64,000 nucleotides of DNA, taken from NCBI GenBank assembly GCA_963843575.1, contig CAWJKZ010000017.1, positions 64,001 through 128,000 on the forward strand, written 5' to 3'. The notes under the pieces were generated by a model. The model was not told the origin of the DNA, made no database searches, and saw only the letters and a list, made by a program, of their open reading frames with translations. The stretch comes from an uncultured Acidobacteriota bacterium. Lineage in GTDB: Bacteria; Acidobacteriota; UBA6911. The first letter of the stretch is position 1. Every line of letters begins with the position of its first letter. Shown here one piece after another: positions 51,723 through 62,984 of the stretch. Made by a program: the position numbers and the translations under genes.

Positions 51723-53576
51723 ATGATCACACGACTTGCACGCGCCGCGGCGGCCCTGTGCGCCCTGTTCCTGTTCCCGCTGCTGCCGGCCCAGGGGCCG
51801 GACGACATCAGCAGCCGCTACGCCAAATCCGAGCACGAGGTCCGCATGCGGGACGGCACGAAGCTGTTCACCGCCGTGTACGCGCCGAAGGACTCGAGCC
51901 GGCCGTACCCGATACTGCTCACCCGGACGCCTTACGGCGTAGCCCCCTACGGGGCGGAGAAATACCCCGCCAGCCTGGGGCCCTCGGATCTCTTTGCCCG
52001 GGACGGATTCATCTTCGCCTACCAGGACGTGCGCGGACGCCTGATGTCCGACGGACAGTTCGTCGACATGCGGCCGTTCAACCCGCACAAGCGGGGCCCG
52101 ACCGACGTCGACGAGTCCACCGATGCGTACGACACAATCGAGTGGCTCGTCCGCAATGTGCCCAACAACAACGGCAAGGTCGGGATGTGGGGGGTCTCGT
52201 ACCCGGGTTTCTACACGACCCTCGGCGCCATCGACGCCCACCCGGCACTGAAGGCCGCTTCACCCCAGGCCCCGATCGCCGACTGGTTCGTCGGGGACGA
52301 TTTCCACCACAACGGCGCGCTCTACCTGGCCCACGCGTTCAACTTCTTCGCCGACTTCGGGCAGCCCACGCCGCGGCACAGCACGGCGCGGCCGCCCCAT
52401 TTCGAGTTCGGCTCGGTCGACGGCTACAGCTTTTTCCTGAACATGGGCCCGCTGGAGAACGCCAACCGCAAGTACCTCCACGAGCGTGTGCGGTTCTGGA
52501 ACGACCTGATGACCCACGGCACCTACGACGACTTCTGGCAGGAACGCAACACCCGGCCGCACCTCAAAAACATCAAACTCGCCGTGATGACGGTGGGGGG
52601 CTGGTTCGACGCCGAGGATTTGTTCGGGGCCCTCAACACCTACCGGGCCATCGAGGCAGAGAGTCCCGCAGCATACAACATCCTGGTGATGGGCCCGTGG
52701 TATCACGGCGGCTGGTCCCGTGCGGATGGGGATGCCCTGGGCAGCGTGCGGTTCGGCTCCAAGACCAGCGACTTCTACCGCGAGGAGATCGAGTTCCCGT
52801 TCTTCAGCCATTTCCTCAAGGGGAACCGCGAACCGAAACTACCCGAGGCATTCGTGTTCGAAACCGGCCGCAACGCGTGGAGGCGGTACGATGCCTGGCC
52901 GCCCCGCAACGCCGAGGCCCGCAAGCTGTACCTCGATTCGGACGGCAGGCTTTCGCTCGACCCGCCGCAGGCCGGCGCGCCCGCTTTCGACGAATACGTC
53001 AGCGACCCGGCCAAGCCCGTCCCCTACATCGACGGCATCGCCATCGGGATGACCCGCGAGCACATGGTCGACGACCAGCGTTTCGCGGCGCGGCGCCCCG
53101 ATGTCGTCGTGTTCCAGACCGAGGCATTGAAGAAAGACATCACGGCGTCCGGCCCCGTGCTGGCGTCGTTGCAGGTGTCCACAAGCGGCACCGACTCGGA
53201 TTGGGTCGTCAAACTCATCGACGTCTACCCGGAGGACCCGGCGGACACGGAACCGCGGATGGCCGGCTACCAGCAGCTCGTGCGGGGCGAGGCGATGCGC
53301 GGGAAGTTCCGCAACAGCTATGAGAAACCGGAGCCCTTCGTCCCCGGCCAGGTCACACGCGTGGAGTTCAAGTTGCCGGACGTGAACCACACGTTCGTGC
53401 GCGGACACCGGATCATGGTCCAGGTGCAAAGCAGCTGGTTCCCGCTGACGGACCGGAATCCGCAGCAGTTCGTGGACATCTACAGAGCGGGTCCCGGCGA
53501 CTTTCACAAGGCGACCCAGCGGATCTACCACACGAAGGACGCCGCTTCCTACGTGCAGATCGGCGTCCTGAAGTGA
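51723..53576 (+). CDS. CocE/NonD family hydrolase (S15; alpha-amino acid ester hydrolase-like)
   Basis: MRDGTKL, YQDVRGR, WGVSYPG, GGWFDAED, MGPWYHG. Confidence 0.95.
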   Translation: MITRLARAAAALCALFLFPLLPAQGPDDISSRYAKSEHEVRMRDGTKLFTAVYAPKDSSRPYPILLTRTPYGVAPYGAEKYPASLGPSDLFARDGFIFAYQDVRGRLMSDGQFVDMRPFNPHKRGPTDVDESTDAYDTIEWLVRNVPNNNGKVGMWGVSYPGFYTTLGAIDAHPALKAASPQAPIADWFVGDDFHHNGALYLAHAFNFFADFGQPTPRHSTARPPHFEFGSVDGYSFFLNMGPLENANRKYLHERVRFWNDLMTHGTYDDFWQERNTRPHLKNIKLAVMTVGGWFDAEDLFGALNTYRAIEAESPAAYNILVMGPWYHGGWSRADGDALGSVRFGSKTSDFYREEIEFPFFSHFLKGNREPKLPEAFVFETGRNAWRRYDAWPPRNAEARKLYLDSDGRLSLDPPQAGAPAFDEYVSDPAKPVPYIDGIAIGMTREHMVDDQRFAARRPDVVVFQTEALKKDITASGPVLASLQVSTSGTDSDWVVKLIDVYPEDPADTEPRMAGYQQLVRGEAMRGKFRNSYEKPEPFVPGQVTRVEFKLPDVNHTFVRGHRIMVQVQSSWFPLTDRNPQQFVDIYRAGPGDFHKATQRIYHTKDAASYVQIGVLK

Positions 53577-53596
53577 AGGTCGATCCGGACACAACC

Positions 53597-53706
53597 CAAG
53601 TGGGTCCGGGCTTCAGCCCGGACGCTGTTTGCGGTCCGTATAACGTGCGCCCGTCGCCACATAGATCAGATCAAAAGACGTCCGGGCTGAAGCCCGGACC
53701 CACTTG
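53597..53706. repeat. Complete 110-bp REPIN (two inverted REP-A units plus conserved spacer)
   Basis: CAAGTGGGTCCGGGCTTCAGCCCGGAC ... GTCCGGGCTGAAGCCCGGACCCACTTG; the spacer is shared with the 11.1 kb and 21.35 kb copies. Confidence 0.92.
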
Positions 53707-53709
53707 TTG

Positions 53710-54730
53710 CTAGCCCTGGGGCTTGAGGGTGGCCTTGACCGTGGCGAGGAAACCGCGCACCGAGCTGAACGTATCGTTCACCGCGCTCGCTTCGTAGCCG
53801 CTGTGCACCATGCAGTCGGCGCACTTGGGGTTCCCGGATTCAACGCCGTACTTCCCCCACTCCGTCGCCTCCATCAGCTCGATCGAAGGTCTCCGCATAG
53901 CCGTCCTGCAGCAGGTAGCACGGCTTCTGCCAGCCGAAGATGTTGTAGGTGGGCATGCCCCACGGCGTGCACTCGTAGTCGCGCAGGCCCATGAGGAACT
54001 CGAGGAAGAGCGGGCTCTGGTTGAAATGCCAGCGTCGTTTGCGGTGGCTCAGCAGCTTCCGGAACAGTTCCCGGGTGGCGGATCGGCCGAGGAAGTGATC
54101 CCGGTCGGGCGCCTTGTCGTAGCTGTAGCCCGGGGAGAGCATCATCCCCTCGACACCGAGGTCCATCATCTCGTCGAAGAAGTCGCGCACGCTCTCGGGG
54201 TTAGCACCGTCAAAGAGCGTCGTGTTGGTCGTGACACGGAACCCCAGGCGTACAGCTTCGCGAATCCCCGCGACGGCGAGGTCGTAGACGCCCTCCCGGC
54301 ACACCGCGACGTCGTGCTCCTCGCGCTGCCCGTCCATGTGGACGCTGAAGGTCAGGTACTTGCTCGGGCGTGAAAAGGTCGATCGAGCTCCTTCAGCAGG
54401 AGGGCGTTGGTGCACAGGTAGACGTACTTTGCGGCGCTGCACGAGGCCGGCTACGATCTCGTCGATCTGCGGGTGCAGGAGCGGCTCGCCCCCGGGTATG
54501 CTCACCACCGGGGCACCGCACTCATCGACGGCCCGGAAACACTGCTCGGGAGTGAGCTGCTTCCGGAGGACGTGGGTCGGATACTGGATCTTTCCGCAGC
54601 CCGCGCACGCGAGGTTGCACCGGAAGAGCGGCTCGAGCATCAGGACGAGGGGGTACCGTCTCCGGCCCGACAATTTCTGCCGCAGCACGTAGCTTGCCAC
54701 GGTCCACATCTGTGAGATCGGCACACCCAT
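53710..54730 (-). CDS. hpnH: Adenosyl-hopene transferase, radical SAM (frameshifted)
   Basis: YPLVLMLEPLFRCNLACAGCGKIQYP, SIPGGEPLLHP, CTPWGMPT...GWQKPCYLL, SGNPKCADCMVHSGYE. Confidence 0.93.
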
Positions 54731-54793
54731 GGCGGATATCGTACCATGTCGACGGACAGCGCGGGACACGCCGTCCGGGGGCTGTCGGGGAGT

Positions 54794-55362
54794 CTAGCCT
54801 GCGCGCTCCAGGAGGGTCTCGAGCACGATGTCGCTCATCGCCTTGCGGGTACCGCTCTCCGCTGGGGGAGTCCGGCCGAACGGCAGTATCCCAGGTTGGC
54901 GACCGCGAGTTTCATGTTGATGTAATCGAGCGGGAGCAGGAAGTGCGCGTCCAGTTCGCCATAAGCTCCCGGGGAGGAGAAATTCACAGGGCAGAAATCT
55001 ACGGCGTCGGTCCCGTCCTCGGTCTTGATCAGCAGCGGCAACCCCTGGGTGCGGCATATGATGGGGCGCATCGGGTAGATCGAGCAGCAATCGTGCACGA
55101 GCAGCGGGCAATGGTGGCGCTGGCCCAACGCCTTGCGCGCCTGAACCTCCTCGGCCTGTGCGACGACGAGGGAACGGACTTCCGAAGGGAGATCCAGGAA
55201 TGCCGCGCGGACCGAGGCCGCCTCGATGCTGAAGACGGTCAGGTCGTGACGGCAGCACGAGGTGCAACCCGGCTTGCATTCGAGGTGCGCACCGTAGCGG
55301 GCGGCCAACTCGAGCGCGATGCGGTCGACCTCCGCAAGAAGACCTCTGTAATGGGCGAGCAT
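54794..55362 (-). CDS. YkgJ/CxxCxxCC family cysteine-cluster protein (probable frameshift ~54870)
   Basis: CKPGCTSCC, CPLL, CSIYPMRPIICRTQG. Confidence 0.85.
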
Positions 55363-55407
55363 GCGGAAAGTTTACCGTCTTTCTGCGTATCTACAAGGAT
55401 GTAAATG

Positions 55408-57671
55408 CTAGCGACGCTTGTTGAATTTGGTGAGCAGGTCCTGGACCGTCGGGGTGGTCGCCCGAGGACCGGCTGGCTTCTCTTTCTTCCCCTGCTCCTT
55501 CGGCGGCCGCGGTGAACGCATCGACAGCGCAATCCGCTTCAGCGGTTCGTTGACCTCGAGCACCCGCACCTTGACGATCTGGCCCACCTTCACCACCGTC
55601 TTGGGATCGTCGACGAAGCGGTCGGCAAGCTGCGAGACGTGCACCAGCCCGTCCTGGTGCACCCCGATATCGACGAAGGCTCCGAAGTTGGCGACGTTGG
55701 TCACCACGCCCTCCAGGACCATGCCCGGGACGAGGTCCTTGATTTCCTTTACCCCTTCCTTGAACTCCGCGTAGCGGAACTCCGCGCGCGGATCTCGCCC
55801 CGGCTTCTCGAGTTCCGCCAGGATGTCGCGCAGGGTCGGCTCGCCGGCCTCGGGCGTGACGTACTTTCGGAAGATCGAGCGACTTCAGCTTGTCGGCGCT
55901 GCGGGTGATCGCCTCGGGCGGCAGGCTCAGGTCGCGCGCCATTGTCTCCACGATCGGGTAGCTCTCCGGGTGAACGGCCGTGTTGTCCAGCGGGTTGTCG
56001 CCGTCGCGGATCCGGAGAAAACCGGCGGCCTGCTCGAATGTCTTGGGGCCGAACTTCGGCACCTCCATCAGGCCGCGCCGGGTGCGGAAAGCCCCGTGCT
56101 CGTTGCGGAAGGCGACCACGTTGCGCGCGACGCCGGCCGAGACGCCGGACACGAAGGCCAGCAGCTCCTTGGACGCAAGGTTGAGGTCGACGCCGACGTA
56201 GTTGACGCAGCTCTCGACGGTCTCGTCCAGCTTCTCGCGCAGCAGCTTCTGGTCCACGTCGTGCTGGTACTGCCCTACCCCGATCGACTTGGGATCGATT
56301 TTCACCAGCTCGGCAAGCGGATCCTGAAGCCGGCGCGCGATGCTGATCGCGCCGCGCACGGTCACGTCCAGTTCGGGGAACTCCTCGATCGCGGTCTGCG
56401 CCCGCCGAGTACACCGACGCGCCCGCCTCGCTGACCATCACCTTAACGGGCTTGCGCGGCAGACTCGACGAGCGCTCCGGCGACGAATTCGTCCGTTTCG
56501 CGCCCGGCCGTGCCGTTGCCGATCGCGATCAGCTCGATCCGGTGCTTCTCGACCATCCGCCGGAGAGTCGCGGCCGCCTGCGCGCGTTCCGCCTCCGATT
56601 TGTGCGGATGAATGGTTTCATGCTCGAGGAACTTGCCGGTCCGGTCGATGGCGGCGACCTTGCACCCGGTGCGGAAGCCCGGGTCGATCCCGAGTGTCGG
56701 CTTCATGCCGGCCGGGCTGGCCAGCAGCAGGTTGCGCAGGTTGGCTTCGAAGGTCTTGATCGATTCCCGGTCGGAATACGACCTTCTTCTCGAGACGCAC
56801 TTCGCCCACGATCGCGTTTTTCAGCAGCCGATCGAAGGCATCGGCGAGCATCGCGCGGTAAAACTCGACCAGGTTTCCCGCCCGGGTGCGGATCTCCGCC
56901 GCCTCCAGGTAGGAGAGGACCGGCGGCCTCGTCGAACGTCAACGTGAGCGATAACGATCCCCTCGGCCTCGCCGCGGCGCAGCGCGAGCATGCTGTGCGG
57001 GGCGATGTCTTTGACCCTGGCCTTGAAGTCGCGGTACATCTCGAACTTCGTGGTGCCCGGCGCGTGATCCTCCTTGATGCGCGAGACGAACCAGCCCTCG
57101 TTCAGCAAGAACTCCCGCAGATGCCGCCGGATTTCGGCCTTTTCCGAAACTTCCTCGGCAAGGATGTCGGAGGCGCCCTGCAGCGCCTCCTCGGTGGTGG
57201 CGACGCCTGCTCCTCCGAGACGTACTTCGCGGCTCTCGCCGTCGAGGTCGCAGAGGCGCATGCCCCAGCGGCGTTGTGGACGGCGATCAACCGCGCCAGC
57301 GGCTCGAGCCCCTTTTCGCGCGCAACCGTGGCCCGCGTCCTCTTCTTCGGCTTGATAGGGGAGGTAAAGGTCTTCGAGCTCCGACTTTTGCAGACACGCA
57401 CTCGATGGCGGCCTTCAGCTCGTCGGTCAGTTTTCCCTGCTCGGCGATGGACTGGAGGACGGCCTTCTTGCGCTCCTCGAGCTCCGTCAGATAGGAAAAC
57501 CGTCTCAAGCACCGAGCGCAGCTCGATCTCGTTCATCTCGCCGGTCCGTTCCTTCCGGTAGCGGGCGACGAAGGGGACCGTGGCTCCTTCGGCAAACAAC
57601 TCCAGCGCGCACCGGACGTTCGTCTCGTCCAGCGAGAGTTCACGGGCGACGAATTTCGGTATGTCGAGCAT
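55408..57671 (-). CDS. tex: Tex transcription accessory protein with S1 domain (multiple frameshifts)
   Basis: [77 protein letters not shown]. Confidence 0.93.
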
Positions 57672-57702
57672 AAGTCCGTAAATCTAGCACAGGGGGGAAT
57701 CG

Positions 57703-58726
57703 CTAGCCCTTCTCCGACTCCCGTTCGGAGAGGCGGGTCATCCTGCCCAGGGTCAGTCCTTCATAGTTCAGGAACACCAACCCGAGGAGTATCGCCGGCA
57801 GCATCGACGCCAGATAGGTGCCGTTGCTTATCCCGGCGGCCTGTGATTGCGGATCCTGCGGGGAAAGGTACTGGGCAAACAGGTGGACGAGCGCGAGGTT
57901 CATGAAAAACTGGAATCCTCCCACGCCTGCCGGGGTTGGGATCGCCACCCCCACCACGGTCAGGACCATCAGGACCAGCGTGCCCGCATAGGGGAAACCG
58001 TCGATGTAGGCGCGGGTGAAAAACCAGAGCTGGGTCACGATCGACATCCAGATGGCGAGGGACAGCATCGCCGCCTTGAACGCACCCCCGCGGCTCATGA
58101 GGCCCCGAAAACCCTCCAGGAAAGGGAGCAGGTGCCGGCGGATCTTCCACGGGATCCGGTCAAACGTCCGCGGCGTACGCAAAACGAACACGAGCACCGC
58201 GCACAGGAGACAGACCACGACGAAACTCTTGATCGAATAGTCCTGGATACGGAGGAGGATGTCGCGGCCCCGCTCCGAAGCGGGGGTGTACAGGGCGCCG
58301 AACAGGACGACGTACACGCCAAACAGGACAACCACCGTCAGCAGGTCCAGGACCCGCTCCAACAACGACGCCGCGAGCACCGAGGCGGTCGGCATCCCTT
58401 CCTTCCGGGCGAGCACCACCGAGGCGGCGACCTCGCCAGTGCGTGGCGGGATGACGTTGACGACGTACTTGACGACGGTCAGGGAAAAGAGGTTGCGGAA
58501 TGGAGATCGAGCACTTCACCGGGGCCAGCAACACACCCCAGCGCACCGCCCGCAGCGCCATGTGGACCACCACAAACGCCACGCCCGCCAGCAGCATCAG
58601 GGGCCGGCCCCGGACCATCACCCGCGTCGCCTGTCCCCAGTCCGGAACGCCACGGTAAACGAGGTAACCGATCAGAAGGGTTAAAAACAGGCTGACGCCG
58701 ACTTGGGCGGCCTTCTTCATGAGCAT
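57703..58726 (-). CDS. Lysylphosphatidylglycerol synthase TM-domain (UPF0104) membrane protein, frameshift ~58500
   Basis: LRAVRWGVLL, ERVLDLL, IPTPAGVGGF. Confidence 0.85.
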
Positions 58727-58797
58727 GGGGGTTGAGTATAGCCGATGTCCGGCTTTTGTACTAAGCTGTCGCCGTCCCTGTCGCCCGAGGTAGAACC

Positions 58798-59856
58798 ATG
58801 CCGTGGTCTGTCGCCGTCATCCTGGTCCTTGCGCTTATGAAACCACCCGCGAACTACACCGCTGAGAGAATTCAGGTCGACGGCACCGGCGTCGTCCGGC
58901 TGGCCGACGCCGTCCGCAAGACCGAGGTTTTCATCATCCCGTCGCTTGGCAACAACGCCTATGCGATGCTGGTGAACGGGAGAAACTTCTTGTGGTCCCC
59001 CTACCCGACCCTGGCGGAGTTCAAACAAAAGCCGGTGCAACTCGGCAATCCGCTCCTGTCCCCCTGGGCGAACCGGATCGAGGGGCCAGCCTACTGGGCC
59101 AACGGCAGGCGCTACGCGCTCAACGCCGAGCTGAAGAACTTCCGCAGCGACGCCAACGGGAAGCCGATTCACGGCCTGCTGGTCTTTTCCGACAAGTGGG
59201 TGGTCACGGCCGTCAAGGCAGACGGTTCGGCTGCGAGCGTCACCTCGCGCCTCGAGTTCTGGCGCTACCCCGATCTCATGGCCCAATTCCCGTTCGCCTA
59301 CAACATCGAGATGACCTACCGTCTCGCTGACGGCGTACTCGAGGTGCAGACCGCGATCGAGAACCTGTCGTCCGAGCCGATGCCGCTCTCCCTGGGATAC
59401 CACACGTACTACCGGCTGGACGACTCGCCCCGCGACGACTGGACAGTCCACGTCGGCGCCCGGGAAGAGGTGTTGATGTCGGAGGCGCTGGTGCCGAACG
59501 GCAAGACCAGGCCGGTCAGCCTGGCAGACCCGTACCCGCTGCGCAACTCGTCGATCGACAACGGCTTCACCAACCTGGTGCGCGACGCCTCCGGCCGGGC
59601 CGAGTTCTGGGTCGCGGGACGAAGCCAGAGACTGCGGGTGCAGTTCGGGCCGAAATACGACGTCGGCATCGTGTACGCGCCGCCCGGGCGCGACTTCATT
59701 TGTTTCGAGCCCATGGTCGGGGTCACGAACGTCTTCAATCTCGCCCACGCCGGTCTCTACCCTGGGCTGCAAACCATCCCCCCCGGCGCCCGCTGGCAGG
59801 AAAGCTTCTGGGTAATTCCGGGGACGGACCAAGGCAACTCAAATAATCAGAAATAG
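58798..59856 (+). CDS. Aldose 1-epimerase family protein
   Basis: GNPLLSPWANRI, IHGL, FPF, GYHTYY, FICFEPM. Confidence 0.92.
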   Translation: MPWSVAVILVLALMKPPANYTAERIQVDGTGVVRLADAVRKTEVFIIPSLGNNAYAMLVNGRNFLWSPYPTLAEFKQKPVQLGNPLLSPWANRIEGPAYWANGRRYALNAELKNFRSDANGKPIHGLLVFSDKWVVTAVKADGSAASVTSRLEFWRYPDLMAQFPFAYNIEMTYRLADGVLEVQTAIENLSSEPMPLSLGYHTYYRLDDSPRDDWTVHVGAREEVLMSEALVPNGKTRPVSLADPYPLRNSSIDNGFTNLVRDASGRAEFWVAGRSQRLRVQFGPKYDVGIVYAPPGRDFICFEPMVGVTNVFNLAHAGLYPGLQTIPPGARWQESFWVIPGTDQGNSNNQK

Positions 59857-59994
59857 ATGCAGCAAAAATGCCTTAAAAACCGGCTTATTTCCGATTTTAG
59901 GGGCTCTTTTTCTCAAATAGCGACGATTCCGGAGTATCCCCCCCACAGCCGCGTTCCCCGGTGACTATTCGAGCGCACGTTCCGCGGCCGAGGC

Positions 59995-61702
59995 TCATGG
60001 CGTAGAGCGCGGCGAGACTCTCCGCCTGGTCGCCTGTTCAAAGGCGTAGGCCAGTTGGATCAGCCGGGGTTCGCTGCAGGCCAAGCCGGTGAAGCTCACG
60101 CCGAAGGGCGCCGGCGCCGGATTGAATCCAGCGGGAAATGGAAGCGTCGGCTCATTCGGCACCAGTCCGAAAGGCACGATCACCGTCGGATATCCGGGCT
60201 TGGCCGCGATCGAAGCCCCGGAGGCACCCGGAAAGAGCAGTGCGTCCAGCCTGTGTTGCCTCATGACGGCGTCGATTCCGTTTGTTGCGCTCACGAGCAG
60301 GTCCCTGGCCCGGTCGGCGTGGTAGCGGGCCTGATCCGCTTCAATCTCCATTCCGTCGGAGATGTCCAGCTGGGCCTGACCGTACTTTATCGCGCCGGCT
60401 CTCTGGTGGGCGACGTTCCACTGCCTCAGCTCCGTGAGCGTCTTGACCGGGGCCGCCGCGCCGAGCGACGCCAGCCAGGCGTTGAAGTCCCGCTTCATGC
60501 CGTACTTGAACACGATCGAACAGTCGGCGTCCTGGCCCTTGGCGCTGTCAAGTCCCGAGCAGGTCGGCCACAACAGGAAATTGTCCTTCGGGTCGGCGGA
60601 GACGATGCTGGGGATATCTGCGGGGTCGACGATGACGGCGCCCTGTTGCCTGAGGATTCGCCATCGCTTCGGCCATGACCTTCGCCTGGTCGGGGTTGAG
60701 ACCTCCCCGCGGGCGCTTGGCTCCGGGAGGGGTCGTTTCCTCGTAGTAGAACGCCCTGGGGATGCCGATGCGCGCCCCTTTCAACGCGTCGGCCTTCAGG
60801 AACCGCGTATAGTCGCGACCCTCGGGCGGCGTGCAGGCTCGGGTCGCCGGATCGTCGGGGTCCGGCGCCGCGCCCTCGAGCGCACCCAGCAGGATCGCGG
60901 CATCGGTCACGGTCCTGGCCATCGGCCCCGGTGTGTCCTGGTCCGCGGTGATGGGAATCACGCCTCGGCGGCTGATGCGGCCGACCGTCGGCTTGATGCC
61001 GACGAGCATGTTCTGGTTGGCGGGGCTGAGGATGGAACCGGAGGTCTCGGTCCCGACGTTCGCCGCCCAGAAGCTCGCGGCCGTGCCGATCCCCGAACTC
61101 GAGCCGCCCGTCCCCAGCGCCGGCCGACCGTCGAAGGTCGCCGGCCGCGGATCCCGCCGGGGATCGTATGGATTCATGCCGTAGCCTTTTATGGCGTTGT
61201 AGTTGCCCGGCATGGCCTCGGCCACCCAGTTCGCCAGTTCGGTCATGCCGGTTTTGGCGATGATAATGGCACCCGCCTCGCGCAGGTTCCGTGTCAAGGT
61301 GGCTTCGTAGGGGGGCACCAGGCCGTCGAAGGCCAGCGCCCCGCCGGTGGTCGGCATGTCGCTTGTGTGGATGTTGTCCTTCAGCGCCACCGGGATGCCG
61401 TGCAGCGGTCCACGCATCTTTCCCCGATCCCGTTCCCGATCCAGGGCGAGCGCCTCGTCCAGGGCTTTCGGATTGACCGTGATGGCCGCGTTCAGCTTGT
61501 CTTCATACAAAGCGATCCGGGCGAGGTATTGCAGGACGATTTCCCGCGACGTGGCGCGGTGCTGCTCCATCGCCGCCCGCAGTTCGGGAATGGTTGCTTC
61601 CACCACGTTCAGATGTGCTTCTCGATCCGGTCCGGACGGAGTCTGTGCAGGGACTGCAATCGCCGTCATGGCCACAACCCAAATCAGTTTCTTCATGTTC
61701 AT
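59995..61702 (-). CDS. Amidase-signature family enzyme, secreted (frameshifts ~60560-60660)
   Basis: GPLHGIPVALKDNI, GGSSSG, GTETSGSILSP, GIKPTVG, DTPGPM. Confidence 0.92.
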
Positions 61703-61863
61703 ATGTGAGGACCTGCGGAAGCTCGTTGGCGTAAGTGCCTCAGGGCCCGTTTCGGCGGCTTCGCGCGTTCTCGCCGATGTTTTGAGGAAACGGCCCCAAA
61801 GGGACGAAACAAGACCCTTTTTGCGGCGCGACAGTGCGCAAAACTACTAGTCATCCAGTTTCC

Positions 61864-62951
61864 TCAGCGCGGTACGTCCCCGCGGAGGTCCCGGAAGAGC
61901 TCTTTGAAGCAGAGGGCGGCTTCGACGGCGTTGGCTTTGGCGGAGGGGTCGCCGAAATAGGCCTTGAGGAAGGGGCCCATGCCGCACCACGTGGTCTGCA
62001 CCATCCCCAGGGCGCGTGCCCCGACCGCGGCCGGCGCGTGCTTGCGGGCGTGGCGCACCAGGTCGAGCTGCGCCAGCGCGGCACCAGGCTTGCGCCAGGG
62101 GGAGGCGACCACGGGAAAGCCTTCGAGGGCGAAATAGAGCGGCGTCGGGGGCGCGCCCTCGTAGTGCCAGTCGCAGATCACGATGTCCTTCGGGACCTGG
62201 CGAGCGCCGGCGGCGGTCCCGTTCTGGCTGGCCTCCCATTTCCCGAGCCCGGTGACCTCTCCGTCCAGGAAGCGATCGCCCCACATCCACGTCGTCCGGC
62301 CTCTATTGCGCGAGGTGGTCGTGCACGGCGGTGACTTCCCGGGCGAAGAGCTCCGCCTTGTTGCGTCCCCTTGCAGCGCGGGCAGTCGTCCTCGCCCAGG
62401 AGAAACACCTCGTCCATCCCGACGTGAAAGGCGTCGGCCTCGCACGCGCTCGGCCAGCTCGTCGATCGAGATCGAACACGACCTCGTGCACGTCCGGATG
62501 CAGCGGGCAGTAGCTGCGGCAGTAGATCCCTTCGTTCTGCGGGTATTTCCCCGGCGTCTCGTCGAACTCGGGGTGAGACCGCAGCAGCCCGAATGTCGTT
62601 TTTGGCCCAGGACTGGTGCCCCAGCAGGTTGATCATCGGGATGAGCTTCACTCCGGCGGCGCGGCACGCCGCCACGAGCGACTGGACCTCCTCGAGCGAG
62701 AGCGGGTCCGGGTCGACGACCTCCGGGCGTTTGGCGAAGCGGTAGCCGTAGTTGAATTCCAGGATGAGCGTGTTTACGCCTTCCTTGGGCAGCGCCTCGC
62801 GGATGAACTTGAGGGTGTCGGGAATGTCGGCTGGCTTCGGCGCGGCCAGGTGGAGCCCGCGGACCGGGATAACCGGCGAGACCGCACCGAAACCGGCGGC
62901 GCCGAGCAGGGCCAGAACTGCAGCTACGACACGAATGCACCGAGACGTCAT
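61864..62951 (-). CDS. GH20-like glycoside hydrolase, secreted (multiple frameshifts)
   Basis: VRGLHL, IPMINLLGHQSW, FHVGMDEV, MWGDRFLDG, ICDWHY. Confidence 0.8.
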
Positions 62952-62984
62952 GACCGCCTCCCCCTTTTCGTCATCCGGATCCTG

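Noticed and set aside
55408-57671. Programmed frameshifting or phase variation in tex and other broken genes
   Set aside because: There are too many breaks per gene, I saw no consistent slippery heptamers or SSR tracts, and sequencing indels explain them more simply.
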